The position numbers and the translations under genes are program-made. The notes beneath the pieces were generated by a model that was not told the origin of the DNA, did no database searches, and worked only from the letters and a program-made list of their open reading frames with translations. This document shows, one piece after another, positions 63,755-64,000 of a stretch of DNA of 64,000 nt (position 1 is its first letter; each line of letters begins with the position of its first letter). The stretch lies in assembly GCA_030324005.1 (NCBI GenBank), contig JARDVH010000124.1:27011296-27075295 (forward strand). Reading direction: 5' to 3'. This DNA comes from Negaprion brevirostris. Lineage: Eukaryota.

Positions 63755-64000
63755 AGTGTCTCAGAAATTCATTCCACTTAAAGAAGCATCACAGGCCACA
63801 CTAGTTAGATTTCAGTGTGTGCTGATAGGTTGCTCAGACGATGCAGATTATTTGCCTTGTTTTCACCAAATCCTGAAGCATCAGTAGCCCTGAGTCTCCG
63901 GCCATTCATGTCCTGCTGCCACTGCTGTGGGAACGAAGAATCTGTTGGTCAGCAAAGGCTGAGTTCACTGCAGTGGCACCTGAGAATCCCAGCTGCGGTG

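Noticed and set aside
1-64000. CRISPR array, operon or prokaryotic/viral system
   Set aside because: No regularly spaced repeats and no dense ORFs; content is typical vertebrate intergenic or intronic DNA.

Overview
Non-coding, repeat-dense vertebrate DNA with several N-gaps. The repeat set (HE1-type V-SINEs, CR1/HER1-type LINEs, Penelope ends, many PIF/Harbinger relics) points to an elasmobranch (shark) genome. I found no intact host gene, tRNA/rRNA gene or CRISPR array. The main content is: (1) a ~8 kb nested TE stack (Harbinger > CR1 > hAT MITE / LTR-like insert / Harbinger MITE > SINE, plus a hAT transposase element beside the Harbinger Myb exon); (2) a second Harbinger whose Myb/SANT companion gene is interrupted by an open ~115-codon ZPBP/Sp38-like fragment that appears to skip an exon; (3) a decayed, apparently intronless CEP152-like pseudogene; (4) Penelope ends with minimal hammerhead ribozyme cores; (5) a Gypsy relic, solo-LTR candidates, a 92-nt palindrome and several CpG-retaining unique segments that may be conserved enhancers. 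All family and protein assignments are by-eye motif recognition from memory, not database searches, and most boundaries are approximate. Nothing here proves a new biological system. The ZPBP-like capture inside a Harbinger is the strongest novelty candidate.
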